The notes below the pieces were generated by a model. The model had not been told where the DNA came from. It made no database searches and was given only the letters and a program-made list of their open reading frames with translations. Positions 28,117 to 39,699 of a stretch of 64,000 nt of DNA are shown here, piece after piece. Numbering within the stretch: position 1 is the first letter of the stretch; every line of letters starts with the position of its first letter. A program made the translations under genes and the position numbers. Origin of the DNA: Moniliella sp. 'wahieum' (taxonomy: Eukaryota); NCBI GenBank assembly GCA_003971905.1, contig RSEE01000025.1, positions 372,001 to 436,000 of the forward strand. Reading direction: 5' to 3'.

Positions 28117-29795
28117 TTATAAACTGCGTTCGGGCGGAGCGGGTTCTTGCCTCGCAGGCAAGCCCGCAGGAACAGCCGGAGGCTCAGTCGAGGATGGCAC
28201 CGCAGACAAGTCTTTTCTCCGTGTTGCCGAGAGGGACTTGAGGTCCTCTGGCAAGTGCTCGCGGCAGCGCGGATCCGATTTCCAGTGCCGCCGTAGCGCG
28301 TCAGACCGTGGGAACGATTTCCCACATGGTTCGCACACGTAGGGTTTATCCCCCGTCTGTAACGGGTAAGGTCGTAATGTGGCAAGGTCAGCGTAAGGTC
28401 TCGGATCGCAGTTCCGATTTTTCACTATGCCACGTTAGTGGGAGACGGGAGGAGGGACGTACGTGGCTGCGCACATGGCGTTTGGAGGTCGTGTTTGCGC
28501 GAGAACGTGCGGTTTGCACCGGGTGCAGAGGAAAGGCTTGAGGTTGAGTGACTGCGCAAGGGGCCTTGAGATTGTAGGTGCGGTTCTTGGGGAACACCTT
28601 GGTACAGTTCGGGAATGGGCACGGCGTTTCGCTGGGCATGTTGCGCGAAGGCAATGCCAAGAGCGAAGCAAGCATCATCCCATCATGTGCCGTCAGCCCG
28701 AGCAAAGACCTGCTGCTTTCCGACTCAGGTTGGGCCGAAGACGAGAAGGAACCGAGCTCGAACGTAGATGAAACGGTGCCGAGGGTTTGTGAAGCCCTGC
28801 CATGGCGGACAAAAGCGCATCGTGGGCTACGATCTGGGCTTGGCCGTCGCCTGTGGGGATGGTCTGGGTAGGGAAAAAAGGGTGTCCAAGGAGGGGTACC
28901 GGGCTCGGTTTGAGCGCCAAGAGCGGGTCGGACGGAGCGGTATTGGACATCATGTTCATGCCCATCTGTGGCCAACCGGGCGATATTTCCGCCGGCGAGG
29001 TCGGATAGGGCAGTGTGCTGGAGGGCATTCGCCATGTGGGCGCCACCGTCGGAGTGGCCGGCACGGTTTCCTGCAGCGATACAGGATGGAGGTGCATTGG
29101 TTCGGATACGGGGTCCCGCTTCGTTGTGGCTTTGCCGCCTCGGCGGGGATGAACCGAGGTGCGAATGGTTTGTGCTGGTGTCCGTGCGACTCGGGGGGGG
29201 AGCGAACGGTATCGTCTTGGGCGAAACCGAGGGAAGGCGGTACCGCTGGTACCCTTCTCGCAAGGCGAGCGGGCTTCCGAGGAGTGAAGACTCGGAGTCT
29301 GCGGAGGCGGGGGACAAGCCGGGAGGGGAGACGTGGGAAGTCGATTCGGGATCCGGAGAGGGGTCCGACGACTCTTCCGACGGGTAAGCCGAGACCATGG
29401 GTGACTCGGACAAGAACCCCGTCGGGGACCGCAGGTCGGAGGGGCTAGTAGTGAGGAAGGGAGGGCTGTTGATGGGGAAGGCAAAGGGAGATGGATGGTG
29501 TCTCCGAATGGTGCGGTGGCACCAGCAGTTTCGAAAAGTTGGAGTGCGATTAGATCTTGAGCGCTGGGCACATCGTGCGGCAGCTACATGATGCGAAGGC
29601 AGCGTGTGTGATGATGGGTCAGCTTGGGCACCGGAGGCCAACACAAAGGGAAGGGGCAGAGATGCGTACCAGATCCGGCAGCTGGTGGTCTGAGGGGTGG
29701 GAGGGGAGGTTGGGGAAGGGGGCTAGAACGAGGGCCGGATCGATAAATGGAGCAAGTGTAACGCGGTTATCGAGTGGGAAGAGGCTACTGGTCAT
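28117..29795 (-). CDS. C2H2 zinc-finger transcription factor (three C-terminal fingers), frameshifted
   Basis: CPFPNCTKVF..YNLKA.LRSH, KPFLCTRC.RTFSRKHDL.RHVRSH, then intron ~28461-28358, then TGDKPYVCEPCGKSFPRSDALRRH. Ser/Pro-rich N-terminus; intron ~29669-29584. Confidence 0.85.
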
Positions 29796-31235
29796 CAGAG
29801 ACGGGGCCAGTGGAGGAGGGCATGGGCAAGAAGGAAAAAAGCAGCGGCGAATGGCGTTCGCAGCTAGAGGGGAGAGGTGGAGATGGTGGTGGAGGAGAGG
29901 GAGACACAGATTGCCCAACTTGTGGCACAGGCCCGCGGGGGAGCGTGGGAGCAGTCGCATTCAACTCAGGACTCAGGGCTGCGTATACTCATCCGCGACG
30001 GGCTCGGCAGCCGAAACGGCCCAGGGGCTTATGCGCTTAAGCCCACAGCTGTTCGGCTCTGTGGCCGCGCAAGCTTAACCAGCGGCACACGGAGGCGAGT
30101 GCGCTGCTGCCGCCTCTGGCCACCTCACCGTGGCCACCGCGCCCCTTTGGGTCCACCTTTCCCCACAGGGCCTGCTTTTGAGCGCTGGCTGCCCCACCAG
30201 CCACCACCGTTGGCTCCAGGCGGCGGAGACGAGGATCGATGATGATCGGAGAAAGACGAGCTGCAAGCTACAAAAGGTAGGTGCATGTGAGCACAAAGGT
30301 CACGAGCATGAGCTTGAGCACGAGAGCGAATACATATCAATCCGTCGTGCTTACGGGAAAACTTTTGGCTCCCAACTCCTGACAGGAAACGGAGTATGAC
30401 ATGTGAATGGGCAGGAAGTGGGGGCCGTGTTAGCGGTGCCCCCCTCCGACGCTTTTCCTAATAAAACCCTCGCCCCCCACCCCATCCCTTTCCTCTCGTA
30501 TGCCTTAACAACAGCCCCCCAAGCCGAGGCGGTTAGCCACTGCCATGGGCACCACCGCCAGAGCGTAGCTGCATACCCTTTCAACTGCCCCCGCATCAGA
30601 CACATACATAGGCTCCCTCAGGTGGATGACTATCGCAAGCCATACGGTCCGGCGGCCAATCCGCGCGCGCGCGACCTTACCAGCCTCACCCTCCTATCGT
30701 TTCACCGGTGACCGTTTTCCCATCCCAGCTCTCCACGCCCGCTCTCCGCAGTGTCAGTGTCAGCGCGCGCAGCCTAGTAGGCCACCGTAGTGACTAGTGA
30801 CTAGTGAGCGCTGAGCGTGAGCAAGAAAAGGGACCAGTTAGCAAAATTTGCACGCCCAGCGTGCTCTAGGGCTCTCTGCCACGTTGACCTTCTGCCATAC
30901 ACGACCGAGCAACCAGCAAGGCGCTGTCCGCCAGCTGCCAGACCAAGATAAATGTGGCCTCGGAGGCAAAGTGACAGACTGCCAATGGATCGTTGCCGCA
31001 GGCACAAGGAAGAAAGGAAGGGGAGAAAGAATGAAGTAAGGAATGAAGGAGGGAAGGGAAGGGTGGGGGAGGGCAGGGAGGAGGAGAAGCATTTAAAGAG
31101 AAGGGGGCCGTACAGGAAGTGGACAGGTATAGATAATCTGGCTCAAAAAGGGGTAATCAACCGAGCAGGAGAGAGGAAGAAGGGCAAGGAAGGGAGAAGG
31201 GAGAAGGGAGAAGGGAAAGGGGCGGCGAGAGGGCG

Positions 31236-32976
31236 CTAAGTAGGTTTGGACCCACTCTGGACCTGACGCAACTCCATCCCGTCCCGCGCCAGTTCTTGCT
31301 GGAGCAACTGTGAGAGCGAAGGACGATCGGCTTCGCCCGCCGAAGATGCGGGGAGGGCAAGGATGGTACGCACACTACGTCCCCTCCAACGCCGGCTGGA
31401 ACGACGGCTGTCTCGCTGTGCGAGCCATGGGCGAGACCCAGCCCCAGACCTCGTTCCTGCTCCCGCCAGGGCCGAGGTGGACGTGGAAGGCGCGGCGACC
31501 AAGGCGGGGGAGGAGCCCGATGCGCTCTATCGGCCAACACAGAAAAGGAGGGTTGGCGCAACGCGTTGCGGAACGCATCGGCCATCCGACTCGCCTCGTC
31601 GGACCACAACGTCTCTTCATGCGGCGTTGCAAGGCTGGTACCGGAGACCTCGGTAGGCGTAGTGTACGAACGGCCAGGGCGAGAGTGAGAGGTGAGCGGG
31701 GTAGGGAGCATTCCAGGAGAAGCGGGCGAGGCTTCTTGCACCCAAGGTCCTGATACGGGCGACCGTGGCGAGAGGAAGGGAGGAGGAAGGGCGTGGCTCG
31801 TGCTGTGGGGAATGATCACTGGGGCGAGCATGGGCGAGGTGGACGCATGCTGGTCCCTGTCTTTTCCTTGGACGCAGCGCCTGGCTGACGCCGGCATTTG
31901 CGCCAGATCAGGTACCCCCCAGCCAAGGCGAGAAAAAGGGCGAGCGAACCAAAGACGACGATGAGGGCAATGGCGTACCGTGGGAGCGTGTGAGAGGCTT
32001 GCATGTGCTCGTTCAATGCTCCACCGTCGGCTTGGGCGGCTGTAGCGGTGGCAGTGACCGTGTGCCCATCGGCAAGCGTGGTGGTCCACGTGGCGAGGCC
32101 AGTTTGGGTCCCGCTAAACCCCTCGGATCGCAGGGACGATTCGATGGAGACGCTGATTTGCGACACGACCGAGGCCGTCTCCGAGGCACCCAGGGAGGAG
32201 AGGTAGGAGGACAAGCTCGCCCCTGAGAGGGTGTGGGTAGCGGACCAAAGAGAAGAAGCGATAGATTGAGCAGCGAGGGAGGAGGCAGAGCGGGAAGAAG
32301 CGGCGGCTGCGCTGGAGAGGGAGGCAGAGACGAAGAAGAAGAACGGGCAAGCAAGAGCAATGGAAGTGGGCAAGGCGGTTTGGATGGCAGTAAAAGTGCT
32401 TTGGCGGGTGATACCCGAAGCAGTACCCATACCAGCTGGGGTGACGACAAAGTAAAAGGGCCAAGAGACGTTTTGGCCGGGTTGGATGGTGGCTGCCTGT
32501 GGCAAGTCTTGCCACCATAGGTCCCGGACTAAAGGAAATGCGGCCAAGGTGGTTGTTGATACTGGTCCAGGATGTCTGCAACGTCCCCATCATCACGAAA
32601 GAGGTAAATGTCGACGGCGCCAATCTGGATGAAGCGGGGATAGTTGTTGTTCCAGATGAACTTGGACCATTGGCCTGCACCACCTGGGTGTCGGCGGTGG
32701 GGTAGCAGGAGAGGACAGCGTTGCCTACCCAGCAGGCGTCTTCGCTCGCGTTTTGCCGCGCTGCCAGCGCGGGGCAGCGGGGTGGACAGGGTGAGGGATG
32801 GGCAGGGCATGGCGACGGGCATGTTGGACGAGACGCTTGGCTGCCCACACGTCGTGCATGGAGTGGGCAGCAAAGGGGCCGTACACCTGCGGTACATCTG
32901 ACCGTGGCTGGGGCTGGGACGGGGGGGAGAAAGGGACGGGAAGGAGGCGAAGCGCCGGCGCTCCAGACGCGACCCA
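31236..32976 (-). CDS. Single-pass Ser/Thr-rich membrane protein (Mid2-like topology), frameshifted
   Basis: Extracellular domain (SCYPTADT..QWSKFIWNNNYP..VDIYLF, WPFYFVVTP), Ser/Thr-rich stalk, TM LPRYAIALIVVFGSLALFLALAGGYLIW followed by RKCRR, cytosolic EASRMADAFRNALRQP. Start uncertain. Confidence 0.6.
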
Positions 32977-34443
32977 TCGGAAGGATCGACGAGCAGGGCA
33001 GGCGCGGCAGTAGGCCTGGCGGAGACAGAGGCAGAGGCAGAGGCAGAGGCAGGCAACCGATGGCGGCAGCGACAGCGGCATGGGCGGGAGCGTGGCAGGA
33101 CCCGGGCGGCGCAGCAGACGCGGCTGGCGGGGCGGGGGGGGGAGGTGAGCGTGAGCCGCAGCGGCAGTGGCGAGGCGAGGCGGGGAGAGGAGAGGAAGGG
33201 GATGCAAAAGAGTGTGGCGGCAGCAGAGCGCGGGAGGGGTGGGGGGGGGGACACGGCGTGGGATGGATGGATGCCAGGGTGGATGGGATGGATGAGCGAC
33301 GGGGGCCAGCGACGACGATCACCGATGGCGTTCATCGGCCGAGCGCCCATTTGCATCCACCATGCGCTGCCCCAGCACTCAGTCTGGCCGCTCACCCGTT
33401 GCTCACCGCTCGGCCGACGCGGTGAGGCACCCGCAGGCACCAGCGCAGCCTTGCGCCGCCACGCTGCCTGCCAGAATGCGCCAATCATTAACGCAACGTT
33501 CAAGTTGAACTTCAACATTATACGTTGAACGTTCAACTTGAACTCAGACTCAGTAACCAGCAGCTCAGTAACCCTGTACTCAGTGTACTCAGTTACTCAC
33601 TCAGTACCGACCGCATCCCCGCGCTCCACCCGTCGGTCCAGCGCCGAGTTCCCGCTTCAAGCTTCACACTTCCACATAGCCCCCCTCGCCGGGGAGAGTA
33701 TGCATCATGCATCACATGTCACATGCCACATGCCACATGCCACATGCCACACCGTGCGGCACCACGGGGCATGCTCCATTGGCCATGCATCATGTGATCA
33801 TGCATCCCATGTCACACACTCCCCCAGGCACGGAAGCGCCGGGGGTTTCGCAGGCTGCAGGCGCCGCCCCTCCGCCAGGGCGCTGGCAGCGGCGTGTGGC
33901 GCAGTAGCGCGCAGGGCCGGCAGCCCGCGACAGGGGCAGTGGAGATGCATGCGCCCGCGCCAGTGCCCCCCTGCTGTGTTTGCGCAGATCATGCCGCCGG
34001 CCCTGGCAGGCGTGAAATTGAGGATCCAGGCGCTTTCTAGGCGCAGACGCAGGGGCATGGAAAACAGCAGGGCGTCTAGGTCTAGTAATAGTAACTAGTA
34101 ACCAACGTGCTGAGGGACGCTCAACCGCCCAGGCTGAGTCGCAGCAGGCCAGCTGAGGGTAGGGTTGGGGCGTAGGGTTGGCCCTGCTTCCAGCGAAGCG
34201 CAGCCCCCCGCAGCCGCCTCGCTGCCGCCGTCGGCCCCCGGTGGCGCAGCTGCGTACGTAACGCGTAATGCGTGCCTGCGGGGGCCGCGCTGGAGGCGGC
34301 GGGCGGGCGGCAGCGGGCGAGTGTGCGGTGGTTTAAGTGCTGCCGGCCGGCCGCGTCGCAGCCGTTACGTCATGCGCCGGGCGTGCGGCACTGCCATTCG
34401 GCTGTGCGGCGGCGGCGCTGCTCGACATGGCCGTCTGCCACTC

Positions 34444-37400
34444 ATGCCGCCGTCCAAGGGGAGCGCCCATGCGCCCCGCTCGTCTGCCCGCCCACCGCCC
34501 CACATGCATCTCCCTCCGCCCCTCCCCCCGCCGCTCCCGTCGCCGTCCCTCCTGCCGCCCCCGGCCCCGACGACGCCGACCCACAGCTGGCCGAGGCCCT
34601 GCGCCTGTCCGCTGCTGCCCATGCCAAACGCATCGAGCTCGAGCGCGAGCGCGACCATGGGCTAAGCATGCCCCTCGCCCCCGGCCCCAGCTACGATCCA
34701 GACGCTGCGATGCGCATGGCCATTGCTGCCTCCCTGGCCGAGAGCGAGCAAGAAGAGGCGCGTATGCGAGAGCGGCGCCAGGCCGAGCAGGCGTGGCTCA
34801 AGCTCTGCCCAGTCCGCTCACGAGGAGGCCCAGCGCCTTCAACAGCAACAAGAGGCCCAGCGTCTTCAACAGCAACAAGAGGCCTTTGCCGAGAAACAGC
34901 GGCGTGACGCACACGATGCCGCCATGGCCATTGCCATTGAAGAATCGCGCCGGGCGGCACAGGAGGAGGCACGCCAGGCTACCTTGAGGGACGAGCTGGC
35001 GGCGGCCCTGGCTGCCTCGCGTGCTGCATCGGATGCAGCTGCGCTCGAGCGTCGTCGTGCCTTGGAAGAACAGGAACAACAGGCCCTCTTAGATGCTGCG
35101 CTGGAGGCTTCGCGTTCCGAGGAGGAGCAACACAAAGCCGAAATGGAACAGTTTGCCCAATCCCTGGCCCATGCCATGGATCTGAGCCAACGGGAACACC
35201 AACAATACCTCGCCGAACGTGAGCAGCGCTACAATGACGAGGACAACTTTTGGGCTGATGTCTGTGCACCCAGTTCTTCTCGCTCCAGCGCTTCCTTCCC
35301 GAGGCAAGAGGAAGATGACAGCTTCCTTCACAACCTGCAGCTTGTGGGCCAGTCCGACTCTGACAGGCCTATGTTCATGCCGCCCAGTCGCTGCACAACT
35401 CGGACTCGATCCGAGACTGAAGGAGGATTGCCTCTTCCTTCGATGCACCTCCACGAGGACCCAACTGATGAACCGCCGCCATACTCGGCACAGGCGCCAA
35501 CGTGGCAAGCAGGCGGTGCGACCACCCACGTCACAAGACACACCCGCGCCAAGACCTTTACCTCCTCTTCCACGAAGTTCTGTGAGCTCCACCACCAGCT
35601 CGACTCTCCCACCGCTTCCTTCTTCACTTTCCTCCCCTCCCTTGCACCCCCCGCCCGGAGTTAGGAAGCACTGCTCTGCCCCCCCTCCCCACCTCTGCTA
35701 CTTCACCCCCTCACAACATCGCCCGCCCCACCCCTCCCAAACGGGCACCACTCCCCCCCGCTCCCGTGCTCAACACCTCCGCACCCGCCCTCATCCCGCC
35801 GAACGAGGATGGGGATACGACCCCAACCGAAGGCCCGACTCGTAGCCAAACCCTTGCTCACGGAAAGCGGGAACCGTTGCTTGCTCCCACCTTGGTCCAA
35901 CGGGCCAATACGGACCATAACCCACGCCATTCGCGTCCTTCGCCCTTCGCGTCCACCTCCGCCTCCTCCGCCCAAGACGGAGCGGAGGAAACCCCCACCC
36001 CCCTCCTGTGGCCATTCATCATCCGCTTCTGGCTCCGCACCCGCTTCGGGGACCGCAGTGCAAGTCGAAGCTGAGCCGGAACCCCCTGCAGCAGTGAGCG
36101 ATGCGGATGTAAGTGTCGTGCAGCCTACCCAGCTTTCCGAGCCTTCTGAGCCTTCTTCGCCGTCTTCGCGTCTCGCCGTCTGCGCCTTCTGTGCCGTCTG
36201 TGCCTTCTACACCTTCTACGCCTTCTGCGCCTTCTGCTCCTTCTGCTCCTTCTGCTCCTTCTGCGCCTTCTGCGCCTTCTGAGCCTTCTGAGCCTTCTGT
36301 GCCTTCTGCACCTTCTGCACCTTCCAATCATCCAAATCTTCTAAGCCTCCTGAGGTTCCTGAGTCATCTTCTCCATCTCAACCTGCAAAGGCCACGGGAG
36401 CGAAAGCTACGACAACGGGAACAACAGCTGGCTCTGCCACGCTCTGGCGGTCCATTCCTGGCTTGGAATGGGGCTGGGCTTCTGCCCCATTTGATCAGCA
36501 TCTCTTCTCCTCTCCCCCCGACCAGAAGGGCACTGAGGCAGCGTTTCTGGGTCCGCAGAAGGGGGCAAATCGTTCGATTGGTTCCCGGCTTGTATCCCAC
36601 TCATGCCCGATCCCCGGTTTGGTACAGCCAAATCTGGGGAAGGTTCCTTCTTCGTGGCTCGCGCCGAGAGCTGGGAACCTTTGTTGTATGCATTAGCTTG
36701 GCTGGGCAACACGGTGATTGACCTTTCGCCCTCGGCGCCTGGACCGCGCAAGGGCGCGGCCCTGCGAATCGATGTGGAGTTTTTGACGCCGACAAAGGCA
36801 GCGATCAATCCCGATTCCACTACGGCACGGCTATCCGCTCCCATGTTTGGCCTTGCTCCCCCACCTCGGGAAACGGGTGTGCGCTCACATCGTCCCAGTC
36901 TCTACCTAGCAAGAGCAAGATCCCGAGCCAGAGCAAAAGCAAAAGCAAGGGTCCACATAAGGGAAAGCAGAAAGTGTCCGAGGTGCGTCCAAGCATCGGA
37001 TCTGTCTCTCGGTCTTGCCTGCCGCTGCATGCCCAAACGGCCAACCCCACCGCGCTAGCCCGACGAGCCGCGACATTTTTCCGAGCCCAACAGGGCGAGC
37101 TGGACATGCGTGCGTTCCGTGCCAAGCATGAACGCAAACTGATCACCTTGCCCCCGCGTTCGAGTGTGTATGGGAACGTGCTGCACCCCTTGTTGGAAGG
37201 AAAGGCACCCAAATCCTTGTTGCCCGTCCCGCTGCGTTTGTCACAATTGGCACTGGCGTTGCATGGCAAGCTTGCCGAGTCGGCGACTGCGCTCCCCGCG
37301 TCCTATGCAATCCGGCTATCGCCACTGGACCGATCGCACGGCTCCGCGCGATTTGGAAAAGACGGTGCGGGCGCATAGCAAACAGCTGGAGCTGTGGAAC

Positions 37401-37760
37401 GAAGTTCACGCTCCCTCTGTGTCCGCTTCCGCCGTCGACGTCAACTCCCGCTCGGCTTCGGCTTCAGCTTCAGCTTCGGCTTTCGGCTTCAGCTTCGACC
37501 TCTGCGTCTGCTTCCCTCTCTTACTCAATCCCTGTCCCTCGTGCGTCCACACAGCACATCCTCCCTGGACTTGGGCGACGATACAGCGATCATGGGCGGG
37601 ATGACCGATAGGTTTTGGGCGGCACGCAGAAGAGTACATGACCGGGTACGACAAGCGGTTCAAACGCCGTCGCGATCCGGGTGCCTATGACGACCAACTG
37701 ACCAATTGGATCACTCCGTTTCGTACGTCTGTCCTTTTCTTCCCCCTCTGGCCCTTGACC
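34444..37760 (+). CDS. Multi-UIM (ubiquitin-interacting motif-like) protein with a PPxY motif and an unrecognised C-terminal domain, frameshifted
   Basis: About six acidic-L/M-xx-A-xxx-S helices at 34570-35190; DEPPPY at ~35470; globular-looking C-terminal region 36600-37380; ends near NWITPF with an intron donor at ~37723. Boundaries approximate. Confidence 0.6.
36135..36325 (+). repeat. 9-bp coding minisatellite (consensus GCnCCTTCT; APS/EPS/VPS tripeptides)
   Basis: About 20 tandem copies of ccttctgcg/ccttctgag/ccttctgct inside the UIM-protein locus. Confidence 0.9.
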
Positions 37761-38455
37761 CTTTTTTTCTTCTCCTTTTACCTTCCCCCTTTGGTCTTGG
37801 CTTCTTCCTCGCTTGGTGGAGGGATGGTACCGTCGGTGTGGTACTGGCCGGGACGGGGGTGGAAGGAAAGGAGAAGGTGGTGGGAACGAGACTAACCCTT
37901 TGTTTGCTTCTGTGTTTGTTTGTTTGTTCGGCTTGGGTTTGGTTTGTTTGCGCTGGTCTGCCCTGCCCGATTAGCGCCCCCCGACTCGGCGGAGTACCCC
38001 CCGAAGAAGAAGAGGCGCCTCCTAAACCGCCCGAATGACCGTCCGCGTTTGGATCCCATGCCTTATCCCTCTCTAGTCCCCCGTCCTCTGTAATTCTGTT
38101 GTTGCGCTTCGTATCTTGGACTTACGCGTACCCCACTTCCGACTGGATTCCAATAGATTCATGGCTGCAGGAGGCAGGGATGGAGGGATGGGTTTGGAGG
38201 GGAACGACGTAGCCGTAGCATGGATGGCTTTGCTGGTGTTGGTGGCGAGGATAGGCAATGTTTCCAACGATGCGAGAGGTCTGATGGTGGAGGAGTTTAC
38301 ACGTTGACCGCTCGCATGTAACAAGCACCCTGGCCTCCGTCTCTGTAAATCCGATGGGCGCAACCGAGGCGATCGATGATTGGTCACCGGCTGATCACCC
38401 CTTGGCCTACTGGCTGGCCTGGCACGGCCCTCAACCAACGTTCCTTTCCAACTCC

Positions 38456-39377
38456 ATGTCCGCTTCGTCCAGCCCCCGTCCGACGGCGCGGTGCTGCAGC
38501 AGCTCGGGCTGACGGTCGAGCCCGCGCGCCGCGCCTCCCTTGCCACCACGCTGGTCCAGTGGCTTGTCTCGCCGATCGATTCGCTGGTGAGCCTGTTTGT
38601 GTGGGGCGTGCGTTCGGCGGTGGTAGCGCAGTGGAGCAGGTTGGGACTCTCTGCTCCGTTCTTCTGCTCCGCTCTCGGATAAATTGCTTCGTGTCGCCAG
38701 CACGCTGCTCAATCCTTACCGGTGGCACAGCTTGATCCTGGCCGCTGGCTTGCCTGTCCTGTTGGCTGGCAGCGATGAGAACTGGGCGCACGTGAAGCGG
38801 CCCTTGGTCGCGTACGCCAAGGGCCGCGTCGAGCTGGGCGCCGGCGACGGCAAGACGATTGCCTACTACGCTTCGTCCGAGGTGAGCGAGTTGTACCTGC
38901 TGGAACCGTTTGTGGATCTGCACGATGGGTTGCGCGCGTCGCTGCGCGCGGCGTCGCTGACGCCCCAAGGCCAAGGCTTGCAAGCCAAAGCGCACATCCT
39001 GCCCTTTTCCGCCGAGGACCACGAGGCGCTGACCAAGGCCGGCTTGACGGACGGACGCTGGATACGGTGGTGTGCGTGCAAGTGCTGTGCTCGGTGCCGG
39101 ATCCGAAACCGATCTTGGCCTCGGTCGCACGGCTGCTCAAGCCGGGGGCAAGCTGATCCTGTTTGAGCATGCGCGCTCAGCAGCGCGCTCACGCAAAAAG
39201 TCCAACAGGAATGGTGTGGTGTGGAAACCGTGTGTGGGAGGATGCACGCTGGGCCGACCGGCTCTTGCTACGGCAGGCCAAGCTACCGGCTGGTCGCACG
39301 TCGTGGCTGGTCACCCCACCACCGAAACCGATGCCGATCTCTTCCCGCACGATGTCGCCATCTTCACCAAAGCCTAA
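38456..39377 (+). CDS. Class I SAM-dependent methyltransferase, METTL7-like, frameshifted
   Basis: KRPLVAYAKGRVELGAGDG (motif I), LYLLEP, DTVVCVQVLCSVPDP, LLKPGGKLILFEH, WKPCVGGCTLGR. Confidence 0.85.
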
Positions 39378-39699
39378 GCCGTCTGCTTCGGATTGCCATT
39401 CCCTCTCGCAGTACGCATGCCGTACTCAACGGCCTAACTTGCCCTTCGAGCGATCAATCTTCCATCATATATTCAATGGGCTCCCTTGAGATAGGCTTTG
39501 CTTGGTCATGCATCATGTCACGTAAAGCGTCTCTTGCAATCCCATTCATTTCCCTCTCACCTCTCACTTCTCACTTCCCACCTCCCCACAGCCCTAACTA
39601 GAAGCCTTGTTCCCCGCCTAGCCAGCCAGCCCAGCGCCAACTGCAACAGCCCAATACCGCGAGCTATACAAGGCGCAACAAACAGATCCGAATCGAACG

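Noticed and set aside
34150..34182. Telomere-like TAGGGT words
   Set aside because: Only two or three degenerate units and no TTAGGG array.
36135..36325. CRISPR-like or non-coding repeat array
   Set aside because: It is a contiguous 9-bp tandem repeat without spacers, lying inside a eukaryotic coding region.
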